NCBI GenBank assembly: GCA_965207895.1
Contig: CBDBNN010000003.1
Coordinates: forward strand, 1,027,755 to 1,091,754
From: Dehalococcoidia bacterium
GTDB taxonomy: Bacteria > Chloroflexota > Dehalococcoidia > UBA6926
Direction: 5' to 3'
Length of the DNA: 64,000 nucleotides
The notes under the pieces: generated by a model
The model's input: the letters and a program-made list of their open reading frames with translations, nothing else
What the model was told of the DNA's origin: nothing
Databases searched by the model: none
Shown: piece after piece, positions 1-9,201 of the stretch
Layout: the number at the start of each line of letters is the position of its first letter
How positions within the stretch are numbered: the first letter of the stretch is position 1
Translations under genes and position numbers: made by a program

Positions 1-234
1 GACTTTGATGCCTGTTGGGACGAAACCGCTGTTGACCCTGAGGTCCTTGATCCGGTGCTGCTGACGTTTGATAGGGAACGGGCAGCACAAAAGGCGAAGT
101 ACATGGGGGAATTGTTTCCATCAGCCACGGTGGCCAATTTGGGTGGTTGGTCTTTCCTGGATTTCTTTCAGACGGACAGAGAGACAGGCAACCGCAAGGG
201 AATTGTGGCCATAGATTTGGGAGGTCTGGAATGA
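1..234 (+). CDS. Partial (3' end) hypothetical protein. Its stop overlaps the start of the downstream HTH gene (ATGA overlap), so it may be the toxin-like partner of a TA-like pair
   Basis: Frame-1 reading frame is open from the window edge to TGA at 232-234, which overlaps ATG at 231. No recognisable motif. Not in the ORF track because its start lies outside the window. Confidence 0.35.
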   Translation, partial: DFDACWDETAVDPEVLDPVLLTFDRERAAQKAKYMGELFPSATVANLGGWSFLDFFQTDRETGNRKGIVAIDLGGLE

Positions 235-668
235 TTAAGAATGAGCGGCAATACAGGATTACGAAGACACAGGTAGAGGGTTTCAGCAAGACCCTTGCTA
301 ATCTCCAACAGAATCCTTCTTCAGCTCATCCCCTTATTGCCAAGGCGCAGGAAGATGCCATCCGCAGCCAGTTGGCTGACCTGGAGGCTCAAGTTCGAGA
401 ATATGAATCCCTGCAGAAGGGCAACTTCGAGCCCGCTCAGCTCAACCTCATCTCGCAGTTGCCGGATGTCCTGATAAAGGCCCGCATTGCTCGTGGCCTT
501 AGTCAGAGGGCCTTGGCCGAAAAACTACACGTCAAGGAACAGCAGATTCAGCGGTATGAGGCTACTGATTACGAGTCGGCCAGCGTGGCTCGTATTAGAG
601 AAGTCGCCTCGATTCTGTATAACGTGGGTAGTGATAAGGAGAACGAGGACTTATCCGGCTCCCCGTAG
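231..668 (+). CDS. XRE-family helix-turn-helix DNA-binding protein, antitoxin-like (HigA-like architecture: N-terminal helical region plus C-terminal HTH)
   Basis: GGAGG RBS at 221-225 precedes ATG 231. C-terminal segment LIKARIARGLSQRALAEKLHVKEQQIQRYE is a classic XRE HTH. Translationally coupled to the upstream ORF. Confidence 0.7.
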   Translation: MIKNERQYRITKTQVEGFSKTLANLQQNPSSAHPLIAKAQEDAIRSQLADLEAQVREYESLQKGNFEPAQLNLISQLPDVLIKARIARGLSQRALAEKLHVKEQQIQRYEATDYESASVARIREVASILYNVGSDKENEDLSGSP

Positions 669-1328
669 CCACTCGGACCCGCCGTCCCACACTTCGCGTT
701 TCCAGACCGGCGCCAGTGCCTTGACCTTCTCCACGGCCTCCCGGCACGCCTCAAACGCTGCACGGCGATGCGGTGAGGCCACCGCCACAACAAGTGACGT
801 CTCCCCAATCTCAAGCCGTCCTGTCCGGTGCCACAGAGCGATGCTGCCGATGTCAAAGTCCTCGATCGTCTCCCGCCCAATCTTCCGCAGCACACTCTCA
901 GCCATCTCCGGGTATGCCTCATATTCAAGGAACAACACGTGCCGTCCCAGGTTGTTGTCCCGAACGATTCCCTCAAAAGTGAGTACCGCCCCGTCCGACG
1001 AAGCCTTGAGCGACTCCGCGATTCGCAACGCGTCAAGCCGCTCAGGTGTCACGCCAACCTGCACGGCCTCCGCTTCTGATATCGCGCCTCCACTCACGGG
1101 CGGAATCAAAGCAACTTCATCGCCTGCGGAGATGGTGGTTGATTGGTCGACATACTCCTGGTTGATGGCAACAACAACGCCCTCGCAGCGGTTCGCCAAT
1201 GCGGGATGCTGCCTCTGCGCCTCCCCGAGCAGGCGCGAGACCGGCTCGCCCTCCGGAATCTCAACGCTGATTTCAGAAGCGCCTACCGCCTCTCGCAATG
1301 CCGCAAACAGCCTCACGCGAACGTTCAT
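651..1328 (-). CDS. moaDE: Molybdopterin synthase MoaD-MoaE fusion: N-terminal sulfur-carrier domain ending in GG, C-terminal catalytic subunit
   Basis: Internal start MNVRVRLFAALRE...IPPVSGG is MoaD-like with a C-terminal Gly-Gly. Downstream segment LTFEGIVRDNN...LEYEAY...ALWHRTGRLEIGE...APVWKRE is MoaE-like. The ORF N-terminal extension before MNV is rejected. Confidence 0.75.
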   Translation of the reverse strand: MNVRVRLFAALREAVGASEISVEIPEGEPVSRLLGEAQRQHPALANRCEGVVVAINQEYVDQSTTISAGDEVALIPPVSGGAISEAEAVQVGVTPERLDALRIAESLKASSDGAVLTFEGIVRDNNLGRHVLFLEYEAYPEMAESVLRKIGRETIEDFDIGSIALWHRTGRLEIGETSLVVAVASPHRRAAFEACREAVEKVKALAPVWKREVWDGGSEWLRGAG

Positions 1329-1507
1329 GAGGCCATTATAAGCTTCCCGGCTTCTCCCCTTTAATGCAGTGGAGAATCCAGGGATTTCATACCTGCTTTC
1401 CAGCTTGTGACGCTTGACACAAATTCGGGCTGACAGATAGACTCGCAATGTCGTGACAACGACGCAACGCTAGCTGCTGAGGTATTGCTCTGAACAGGCT
1501 CATCCGA

Positions 1508-2635
1508 ATGGGGAAAGGGACTCAACTTATCGGAGTTCTGACGGTTTTCATGGCCGTCGCTCTCCTCTCGGGCTGCCAATTGGCGCTGCCACAAAGCACG
1601 CTCAACCCGGCCGGTGACGTAGCCCAGAGTCAACAAGATCTTTTCCTTATCATCTTCTGGGTCGCAGTTGTTATCTTTATTGGCGTCCAGGGATTTCTGA
1701 CCATTGCCGTGCTCAAGTTCCGTGCCAGGCGGGGACGAGAAAATGACATTCCGGCCCAGACTCATGGCAACACACCGCTGGAAATCGGTTGGACGATTGC
1801 TCCCTCTCTTATCGTAATCGCTATAACCATCCCCACCGTCGCAGGCATCGGCGCAACGTATGACCCTCCGTCCGACTACGCCGATGATCCCTCCATGACC
1901 ATAGAGGTGGTTGGTCACCAGTGGTGGTGGGAGTACCGCTACCTCGATGAGAATGGCGACCTTGATTTCATTACCGCCAATGAATTGCACATCCCCGTCG
2001 ATACCGTAATAAACCTCAAGCTCTCCTCGAATGACGTGATCCACAGCTTCTCCGTTCCGCGCCTCGCCGGCAGCCGTGATGTCGTGCCCGGCCGCGTCAA
2101 CCGTATGTGGCTAAACGCGACTGAAACCGGTGTGTACGCGGGACAGTGCAAGGAGTTTTGTGGGGATTCGCACGCCCTGATGCGCACGGTCGCATTCGCT
2201 CGCACGCCTGCCGACTACGAAGCGTGGGCCGAGAACGAACGCCAGCCAGCCGTAAACAGGACGGCGGCAATGGACGCCGGCTGGGTGGTCTTCCAGGAGA
2301 ACGCCTGTCGTGGCTGCCATACCATTGAGGGCGCGACCGAGGACGAGTATGAGTTGGCCATAGGCGTGACCGGCCCGAATCTCTCGCACTTCGGTTCACG
2401 GGTCACCATCGCGGCGAACACGCTGCACAAGGGCCCCGCAGATATCAATATGGGCGCTTTCTTTGAGGATGTGCCGACCGATCCTGACCTTATGCAGCGT
2501 GATCCGGCGGCTGAAAACCTCAGGCACTGGCTCAACAATGCGCCGGATGTGAAGCCCGGTACCGAGATGCCTGACCTTAACCTAACTGACCAACAGCTTG
2601 ATGATCTCGTATTCTTCCTGGAGAGCCTGAAGTAG
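1508..2635 (+). CDS. ctaC: caa3-type cytochrome c oxidase subunit II with a fused C-terminal cytochrome c domain
   Basis: CuA site HSFSVPRL...CKEFCGDSHALM. C-terminal CXXCH motif (ACRGCH). Signal/lipobox LLSGC. Confidence 0.9.
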   Translation: MGKGTQLIGVLTVFMAVALLSGCQLALPQSTLNPAGDVAQSQQDLFLIIFWVAVVIFIGVQGFLTIAVLKFRARRGRENDIPAQTHGNTPLEIGWTIAPSLIVIAITIPTVAGIGATYDPPSDYADDPSMTIEVVGHQWWWEYRYLDENGDLDFITANELHIPVDTVINLKLSSNDVIHSFSVPRLAGSRDVVPGRVNRMWLNATETGVYAGQCKEFCGDSHALMRTVAFARTPADYEAWAENERQPAVNRTAAMDAGWVVFQENACRGCHTIEGATEDEYELAIGVTGPNLSHFGSRVTIAANTLHKGPADINMGAFFEDVPTDPDLMQRDPAAENLRHWLNNAPDVKPGTEMPDLNLTDQQLDDLVFFLESLK

Positions 2636-2658
2636 CGGGCGGCCGGCTGAAGGAGTAG

Positions 2659-4521
2659 ATGACGATGGCTATGCTAGGGGGCTTACTCGAGAGACCAACC
2701 GGGACAACCGGTATCTGGAGCTGGCTCACGACGATCGATCACAAGAGGATCGGCACGCTCTACCTTGTCACGGCGTTCTTCTTCTTCCTCGTTGGAGGGA
2801 TTGAGGCAAGCCTCATGCGGCTCCAGTTGTCAGTGCCTGATTCTTCCATCATCAGCGCGAACGTCTTCAGCCAGCTCTTTACCATGCACGCGCTGACCAT
2901 GATCTTCCTGGCGATTATGCCCCTCAGCGTCGCCTTCTTTAACTGGATTGTTCCGCTGCAGATCGGTGCCCGGGATGTCGCATTCCCTCGCCTGAACGCC
3001 CTCAGCTATTGGGTGTTCCTCGGCGGCGCGATCATCCTCAACCTCGGATGGTTCACCATGACCGCCCCGGCAGCTGGCTGGTTTGCCTATGCCAACCTGA
3101 CCAACACCACTTTCTCACCTACCAACGGCATGGACTTCTATGTCCTTGGCCTGCTGGTGTTGGGAACATCCTCACTGCTCGGCGCGTTCAACTTCATCGT
3201 GACAATCATCAATCTCCGCGCTCCTGGAATGTCCCTCATGCGGATGCCAATCTTCACGTGGATGGCGTTCATTACGTCCTTCCTGCTCGCTCTGGCCATG
3301 CCCGTCATCACTATCGGCCTGGTTGAGCTTGGGTTCGACCGCTTCTTTGGCACCAACTTCTTCGTGTTCGAGCGCGGCGGCGATGTGCTCCTCTGGCAGC
3401 ACCTGTTCTGGGTGTTCGGCCATCCCGAGGTCTACATCCTTATCCTGCCGGCCATGGGTATTGTGTCCGAAATTCTACCGACGTTCTCCCGTAAGCCATT
3501 GTTCGGCTTCCCGGTTGTCGTCTTCTCCGGCCTGACCATCGCATTCCTCGGATGGTCCGTGTGGGCGCACCACATGTTCGCGGCCGGTCTCGGACCCGTG
3601 CCGGACGCAGTCTTTGCGACGACGACGATGGCTATCGCCATTCCAACCGGCGTGAAAGTGTTCAACTGGTTAGCCACGATATGGGGTGGGAACATACAGC
3701 TCAAAACGCCGATGTATTTTGCCTTGGGCTTCATTGCGCTGTTCACCATCGGTGGGCTGAGCGGCATGACACACGCTGCCGCTCCCTCGGACCTACAGCA
3801 GACGGACACTTACTACATCGTTGCCCACCTTCATTACGTCCTCTTCGGCGGCTCGATCATGGCAATCCTGGGCGGAATCTTCTACTGGTTCCCGAAGATG
3901 ACGGGACGCATGATGAGCGACTATCTGGGCAAGTGGAGCTTCTGGCTCGTTATGATCGGCATGAATATGACGTTTGGTCCGATGCACTACCTGGGCCTCG
4001 TCGGAATGCCGCGACGGAACTTTACGTATCCCGAGGGAATGGGTTGGGACGTTTGGAATCTGGCCGCGTCGCTCAGCGTGCTGTTCATGATTGCTGGAAT
4101 CGGGTTGTTCACTTACAACGCGCTGCGTAGCGCTCGCAAGGGCGAAGTGGCCGGTGACGATCCGTGGGACGCACGCACGCTTGAATGGGCGATGTCGTCC
4201 CCGCCGCCGCACTACAACTTCGCTGAGATTCCCGTCGTCCATGGCCGTGACGCCCTCTGGGAGCAGAAGTATCCGGATGAGGAGCACGCGGCTCCGCGAC
4301 CGGTTCCCGCCGGAGGCGCCGATGAGGCAGACGAGCACCATGACATCCACATGCCGAGCCCCTCGTACTTCCCGTTCATCTGCGCCCTGGGCATCTTTGC
4401 CCTGGGAATCACTTTGCTGCTCTATCAGATGTCTGCGCCTCTTGGCTATGCCGCCGGCGCAATCGGCCTGATCCTCCTGCTCTGGGGTTCATACGGCTGG
4501 ATCTTCGAGCCGACGGACTAA
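2659..4521 (+). CDS. ctaD: Cytochrome c oxidase subunit I
   Basis: 12-TM heme-copper oxidase signature (WFFGHPEVYILILP, HHMF) with a C-terminal extension. Confidence 0.95.
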   Translation: MTMAMLGGLLERPTGTTGIWSWLTTIDHKRIGTLYLVTAFFFFLVGGIEASLMRLQLSVPDSSIISANVFSQLFTMHALTMIFLAIMPLSVAFFNWIVPLQIGARDVAFPRLNALSYWVFLGGAIILNLGWFTMTAPAAGWFAYANLTNTTFSPTNGMDFYVLGLLVLGTSSLLGAFNFIVTIINLRAPGMSLMRMPIFTWMAFITSFLLALAMPVITIGLVELGFDRFFGTNFFVFERGGDVLLWQHLFWVFGHPEVYILILPAMGIVSEILPTFSRKPLFGFPVVVFSGLTIAFLGWSVWAHHMFAAGLGPVPDAVFATTTMAIAIPTGVKVFNWLATIWGGNIQLKTPMYFALGFIALFTIGGLSGMTHAAAPSDLQQTDTYYIVAHLHYVLFGGSIMAILGGIFYWFPKMTGRMMSDYLGKWSFWLVMIGMNMTFGPMHYLGLVGMPRRNFTYPEGMGWDVWNLAASLSVLFMIAGIGLFTYNALRSARKGEVAGDDPWDARTLEWAMSSPPPHYNFAEIPVVHGRDALWEQKYPDEEHAAPRPVPAGGADEADEHHDIHMPSPSYFPFICALGIFALGITLLLYQMSAPLGYAAGAIGLILLLWGSYGWIFEPTD

Positions 4522-4571
4522 GAACGAAACAGACTAAGAGACTGACACGGAAACGCTAAAGGACATCGCAC

Positions 4572-5171
4572 GTGGCACACGACGCGACAATGGGACAGGC
4601 TGAGGCTCACTACACAACAACGGGCCTCGACCATCGGAAGATCCTCATGTGGGTCTTCCTCGCATCGGACTGCCTCTTCTTTGGCGCCCTGATCTCCACG
4701 TACATGGTCTACCGGAGCAACGTGCCGACCGGCCCCGGACCGGAAATCTTTGACATCCCGTACACCTCCGTCAGCGCGTTCGTCCTCTTGATGAGTTCGT
4801 TGACGATGGTGCTGGCCCTCGCGGCCCTCCAGCGTGGCAACTCCAGGCAGGCGCGGCTTTGGCTGCTTGCGACGGCCCTGCAGGGCGCCGTCTTCCTCGG
4901 CGGTCAGTTCTACGAATTCAACATATTCGTTGATCAAGGGCTGACCATCACCAATAGCGTCTTCGGCACAAGCTTCTTCGTGCTCACTGGATTCCACGGG
5001 ACGCACGTGGCGATTGGCGTGTTCATGCTTCTGACCCTTGTGGGAGCATCCTACATGGGGCGCCTGAAACCCAAGCACGATCTGACCGTGGAACTTGTGG
5101 GGTTGTACTGGCACTTCGTTGACATCGTCTGGATCGTGATCTTCACGGTGGTGTACCTCATCCCGTCGTAG
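4572..5171 (+). CDS. ctaE: Cytochrome c oxidase subunit III
   Basis: Subunit III family similarity (FFGALISTY..., GFHGTHVAIG, YWHFVDIVW). Confidence 0.9.
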   Translation: MAHDATMGQAEAHYTTTGLDHRKILMWVFLASDCLFFGALISTYMVYRSNVPTGPGPEIFDIPYTSVSAFVLLMSSLTMVLALAALQRGNSRQARLWLLATALQGAVFLGGQFYEFNIFVDQGLTITNSVFGTSFFVLTGFHGTHVAIGVFMLLTLVGASYMGRLKPKHDLTVELVGLYWHFVDIVWIVIFTVVYLIPS

Positions 5172-5209
5172 GGCGGACTAAAGAGACGCGCAAAGCGAGG
5201 GACGGAAAC

Positions 5210-5527
5210 ATGGCGACAGCAGAACAACAAGGGCACGCGGAAGATCATCCGACTCCCCGCACCTACGTCAACGTCGCGATTATCCTTTCGATTATCACGA
5301 TCATTGAGGTGGCCATCGTCATCGTTGAAGTGCCCTCCGTCATTCTCATTTCATCGTTGCTTGCCTTGTCTGCCGTCAAGTTCGCATTTGTCGTCGGGTG
5401 GTTCATGCATCTCAAGTTCGATGCGAAACTGTACCAGGCGCTTTTCCTTGGTGGCCTATTCCTGGCGATAGCAGTATTGTTGGCGCTGGTGGCGCTCTTT
5501 GAAAACTTCACTCTGCCTGCCGCGTAA
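5210..5527 (+). CDS. ctaF: Cytochrome c oxidase subunit IV (prokaryotic CtaF/CoxD-like)
   Basis: ~100-aa, 3-TM protein immediately after ctaE. TYVNVAIILSIITIIEV resembles bacterial subunit IV. Confidence 0.65.
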   Translation: MATAEQQGHAEDHPTPRTYVNVAIILSIITIIEVAIVIVEVPSVILISSLLALSAVKFAFVVGWFMHLKFDAKLYQALFLGGLFLAIAVLLALVALFENFTLPAA

Positions 5528-5570
5528 AGGCTGAGCGTAAATACTGAGACACGAGAATAGCGGAGCAGAA

Positions 5571-5846
5571 ATGGCGCATAACGACGAACAGGCCGAGACA
5601 AACAACTTGATGGATCGGCTGATCGTGCCGATTATGTTGCCGGTTGTCGCCCTCATCGTCACTATCGCGCTGATTGTTGGCATCGGTCTTCTCCTGTACG
5701 CCGTCATCCCGCATGACTACGTCAAGCTGGCCGGCGAGAAAGTCTACTACTCCGTCCCTGTCGCGCTTGGGCTTGCCCTCTTCTTCCTCCTGGGCTTTGC
5801 TTTTCTGGCGTCCTTGGCGAAGGACGACAGCGGCGACTCCCAGTAG
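5571..5846 (+). CDS. Small 2-TM membrane protein of unknown function inside the oxidase operon
   Basis: ORF with two hydrophobic helices between ctaF and ctaG. No motif recognised. Confidence 0.45.
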   Translation: MAHNDEQAETNNLMDRLIVPIMLPVVALIVTIALIVGIGLLLYAVIPHDYVKLAGEKVYYSVPVALGLALFFLLGFAFLASLAKDDSGDSQ

Positions 5847-5939
5847 TTCGTCGCCGCTGATTCACGGCGGCCCAACTGCTTTGTACATTCAGAGCGCTCC
5901 TGCATCCGCAACGCGCCGAAAAGGGCGTAGGATTGCGGC

Positions 5940-6830
5940 ATGAATGACCTTGGTGATTATCTGCTTGCGTGGTCGTGGGAGCCGCTGACGCTATTCTTCG
6001 TCGGCCTCCTAGGGATTGCCTACGTCAGGGGACTGCGAGGCCTTAACCCGATTAAGGTTCGTGTCGTTACCAACTGGCGCGCCGCGTCCTTTGCAGCCGG
6101 CCTGCTGTTGCTGCTCCTCGCGCTCATCTCGCCAATAGACGCGCTGGGCGGCCGACTGTTCGCCTTTCACATGGCGCAGCACATGCTCCTGATGCACGTT
6201 GCCGTGCCGCTTATTCTGCTCGGAGCGCCGGTCCTGCCTGTTGCCCGCGGCATGGGATACGGAATCCGTCGCCTCACCCTCATCAAGCTGGCGAGAGCCC
6301 CTCAAGTGCGTTTCGTATTCCACATCCTTATCCATCCTCTGGTTGGCTTGGCGGTCTTCGTGGGTGTTATCTGGTCATGGCATGTCCCGGGAGCCTATGC
6401 CGCCGCCGTCACTAACGATTTCGCCCACATCGGCCAGCACGCCAGCTTCATAACTGCGGCAACACTTTTCTGGTGGGCCATCATCGACCCGACGCCCATC
6501 CGTGGCAAGATTCCCTACCTCGGAAGGCTCGTCGTTGTTGTTATGGCGCTGTCCCTGACATTCCCGCTGGCTGCAATGCTGACATTCGCAGCTGCGCCCT
6601 GGTATGAGCCGTACATCGGCCAGGAACCGCTGTGGGGCATCGACGCGATGACCGATCAGCAGATTGGCGGACTCATCATGTGGGTTGGCGGCATTGCGCC
6701 GTATTTCCTCGCGATTGCCGGCCTGTTTATCGTTGCCGTGCAACGTGATGAAGAAGACACGCGCCGCTCGCGTGCCGCCCTCTACAAGAATCCGCCGAAT
6801 CATGCGCCGCATAGGCCGGCGACCACGTGA
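5940..6830 (+). CDS. ctaG: Putative caa3-type oxidase assembly factor CtaG (Caa3_CtaG family) multi-pass membrane protein
   Basis: 7-TM protein with an HMAQHMLLMHVAVPLILLGAP motif, in the position ctaG occupies in Bacillus-type caa3 operons. Confidence 0.55.
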   Translation: MNDLGDYLLAWSWEPLTLFFVGLLGIAYVRGLRGLNPIKVRVVTNWRAASFAAGLLLLLLALISPIDALGGRLFAFHMAQHMLLMHVAVPLILLGAPVLPVARGMGYGIRRLTLIKLARAPQVRFVFHILIHPLVGLAVFVGVIWSWHVPGAYAAAVTNDFAHIGQHASFITAATLFWWAIIDPTPIRGKIPYLGRLVVVVMALSLTFPLAAMLTFAAAPWYEPYIGQEPLWGIDAMTDQQIGGLIMWVGGIAPYFLAIAGLFIVAVQRDEEDTRRSRAALYKNPPNHAPHRPATT

Positions 6831-8731
6831 TGTCCAACATGTCTCACAGTACTGACCTGCGCTACCGCAAGACTCTGCTGGGACTTGCGTTGGCGGCGGC
6901 AATAACAACCGTCTTTCTGATCAGCTTGGGCAGCTTCGTGCGTGTCACTGGCTCCGGCCTCGCCTGCCCGGACTGGCCGCTGTGCCACGGCAGCATCATC
7001 CCGCCCTTCGAGTACCACGTCCTCATCGAGTACTCCCACCGCCTGACGGCGGCCATTGTTGGACTACTCGTTGCCGCGATGTTCGTCGTGGCGTTTCTCG
7101 CGTCACGAGCCGATGAACAGCCAACACGTCGCGCGCTTATCCCCGCCGCGATCACGCTCGTCGTCATGCTCACACAGGCGGGACTGGGCGGCGTGGCCGT
7201 CATCACAGAACTCCCGCCGCCAATTGTGACGCTGCACCTCTTTCTTGCCGAGGCCATCTTGGCCTTGCTCATCGTGACGATGATGGCCGCCGCGCCCGGG
7301 CAGGCGGCGCCCGCAGGAGGGCAGGGAATCTCTCTTGCTGACGCGCGCAAGCTCTATCTTTGGGCCATCATCGCTGCCGTCATGACCTTGGTGATGATTC
7401 TCTCCGGTTCATATGTCGTCGCGGAAGAGGCCACGCTTGCATGCGGCAGTGGATTCTCCGCATGGCCGCTGTGCGACGGCGCGATCATGCCGAGTGGGTT
7501 CGATCCGAATATCCACATGGGGCATCGCTACATGGTTGTCATCGGAACCCTGACCACCGGCTACGTCGCATTCCTCTCATGGCGGCAGAAGGAGCGGCAT
7601 CGCATGATCAGCCGTGTGGGGCAGGCCACACTTCACCTGCTTGCTGTGCAGATCATCGTCGGCGCGCTTGTGCCGTGGACGGAGTTCCACCATGCCGCGC
7701 GTGTTGCACACATCACACTTGCCTCGGTGACCTGGGCCGCCGCCGTGCTCCTCGTGATTCTTGCTGCGCGAGCGCGGGCCGGACCGGCTGAGGATGAGTC
7801 ATCAGGCCGATACACCCAGATGCCCCCCGCTCCTGCCGGCGGCGCGGATATCGCGCAGACCTCTACGCTCAGAGTGGTAGCCTCCGACTACTTCTGGCTG
7901 ACCAAGCCGCGCGTCATGGTCCTTCTGCTGCTGACGGCCTTGGGGGGCATGGTGTTCGCCGCGCAAGGGCTTCCGAACGCGACCGTCGCAGTTGCGGTCC
8001 TGTTGGGCGGCGCTTTCGCGTCCGGCGGCGCGGGAGCCATCAATCACGGCCTTGAAGGCGGGATCGATGCATCGATGTACCGTACGCGACACAGGCCTGT
8101 GGCAAGTGGGCGCGTCACACGGCGGCAGGCAATCGCATACGGCATAATCCTCAACGTGCTGGCATTCGCCGTCCTTGCGGCAGGCGCGAACGTGCTAGCC
8201 GCCTCGTTGGCCATCAGCGGGTCGTTGTTCTATGTGTTCGTATACACGCTGTGGTTGAAGAACACCACTGTGCAGAACATCGTGATCGGTGGGGCCGCGG
8301 GCTCGGTGCCGCCGGTTGTCGGATGGGCCGGCGTGACCGGAGAAGTGGGCCTGCCGGCGATCTACCTGTTCCTCATCATCTTCTTCTGGACGCCGCCGCA
8401 CTTCTGGGCGCTGGCCCTAATGATCAAGGACGACTACGAACGGGCGAGTGTGCCCATGATGCCGGTCGTTCTGGGAGAGGAGAACACACGCGTCGCAATA
8501 TTCCTCTATACGATTCTGGTCAGTATCCTCGCCCTGCTGCTGTACTTGTCCACACCGCGCCTGAGTGAACTGTATCTCTTGGGGGCGATGGCTGTAGGCG
8601 CAATCTTCACCTACTACGCACTGCGCCTGCTCAGGGAAAAGGACCGCGCCGCCGCCCTGCGCCTCTACAAGTTCTCTCTGTTATACCTGGCCCTGCTATT
8701 CCTCGCAGTAATGATCGACCAGGTTGTGTAG
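6830..8731 (+). CDS. ctaAB: Fusion of heme A synthase (CtaA/COX15-like, N-terminal) and protoheme IX farnesyltransferase (heme O synthase CtaB/CyoE, C-terminal)
   Basis: N-terminal GSGLACPDWPLCHG cysteine-loop motif and His-rich TM pairs of CtaA. C-terminal GGAAGSVPPVVGW...FFWTPPHFWALAL motifs of the UbiA superfamily CtaB. The GTG/ATG start overlaps the ctaG stop. Confidence 0.85.
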   Translation: MSNMSHSTDLRYRKTLLGLALAAAITTVFLISLGSFVRVTGSGLACPDWPLCHGSIIPPFEYHVLIEYSHRLTAAIVGLLVAAMFVVAFLASRADEQPTRRALIPAAITLVVMLTQAGLGGVAVITELPPPIVTLHLFLAEAILALLIVTMMAAAPGQAAPAGGQGISLADARKLYLWAIIAAVMTLVMILSGSYVVAEEATLACGSGFSAWPLCDGAIMPSGFDPNIHMGHRYMVVIGTLTTGYVAFLSWRQKERHRMISRVGQATLHLLAVQIIVGALVPWTEFHHAARVAHITLASVTWAAAVLLVILAARARAGPAEDESSGRYTQMPPAPAGGADIAQTSTLRVVASDYFWLTKPRVMVLLLLTALGGMVFAAQGLPNATVAVAVLLGGAFASGGAGAINHGLEGGIDASMYRTRHRPVASGRVTRRQAIAYGIILNVLAFAVLAAGANVLAASLAISGSLFYVFVYTLWLKNTTVQNIVIGGAAGSVPPVVGWAGVTGEVGLPAIYLFLIIFFWTPPHFWALALMIKDDYERASVPMMPVVLGEENTRVAIFLYTILVSILALLLYLSTPRLSELYLLGAMAVGAIFTYYALRLLREKDRAAALRLYKFSLLYLALLFLAVMIDQVV

Positions 8732-8739
8732 GGAACCAC

Positions 8740-8945
8740 TCAGCCCCTCCGTCATTCCCGCGAAAGCGGGAATCCAGTGCGGCGCACAGTGCCGCCGCAC
8801 TGTCATTCTGAGCGTAGCGAAGAATCTAAAATCTCCATTGCGCCGCTCATCCTGAGCTTGTCGAAGGGCATGAGCGGGGACGCTCTCGCCTCATTCCGGC
8901 GAAAGCCGGAATCCATCGGGACTCTCCTCTTCGGACTATGTGGTA
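8740..8945. repeat. Cluster of composite intergenic repeat modules (A: gtcattcccgcgaaagcgggaatccagtg; C: gtcattc(c/t)gagcg(c/t)agcgaagaatc; B: ctca(t/c)cctgagcttgtcgaaggg; A': cattccggcgaaagccggaatccatcggg)
   Basis: The same modules recur at >10 intergenic loci in this window. Track ORF 8777..9013 lies wholly inside the cluster and is rejected. Confidence 0.8.
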
Positions 8946-8950
8946 CTCGA

Positions 8951-9154
8951 TTAGCCCGACGTGAACTCCCAGAGCTGTTGGAAGAACAAAACCCATGCGG
9001 CGATAGCTACTAGCCAGGCTGCTACGAGCACGATGTTGAGTTGACGTACTAAACGCCGTTCCATTTTGGCGATATCACTGCGCAGGGCTCTCGCGCCTGT
9101 GCGTATCACGTCGTCCGCGCACGTGAGGTCGGAGGTGTCTTCCATATCTGTCAT
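8951..9154 (-). CDS. Hypothetical small membrane protein (single C-terminal TM) downstream of ccmD
   Basis: ATG preceded by GGGGAGGGG. One hydrophobic helix. Its C-terminus abuts the repeat cluster, so it may be spurious. Confidence 0.3.
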   Translation of the reverse strand: MTDMEDTSDLTCADDVIRTGARALRSDIAKMERRLVRQLNIVLVAAWLVAIAAWVLFFQQLWEFTSG

Positions 9155-9201
9155 TGCCCCTCCCCAAGATGCTGGTAATCTGGGTGTCCCCTTCGTGTCT
9201 G

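Noticed and set aside
487-1341. Long ORFs antisense or out-of-frame to real genes throughout the track (e.g. 487..1341, 569..1036, 3552..4130, 3793..4350, 14840..15496, 15220..15729, 19541..20047, 31748..32401, 33619..34101, 42406..43221, 44188..44790, 45106..45714, 62041..62622)
   Set aside because: High-GC DNA gives long spurious open frames. Each of these overlaps a gene with strong family motifs on another frame or strand, and they translate to Arg/Ser/Pro-rich low-complexity sequence.
8777-9013. Track ORFs lying inside repeat clusters (8777..9013, 29837..30085, 33234..33491, 37963..38343, 45697..45888, 46068..46289, 46827..47060)
   Set aside because: They are composed of the dispersed repeat modules (translating to recurring peptides such as SERSEESKI, LSLSKG, VIPAKAGIQ) and recur on both strands. 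They are noncoding repeats, not genes.
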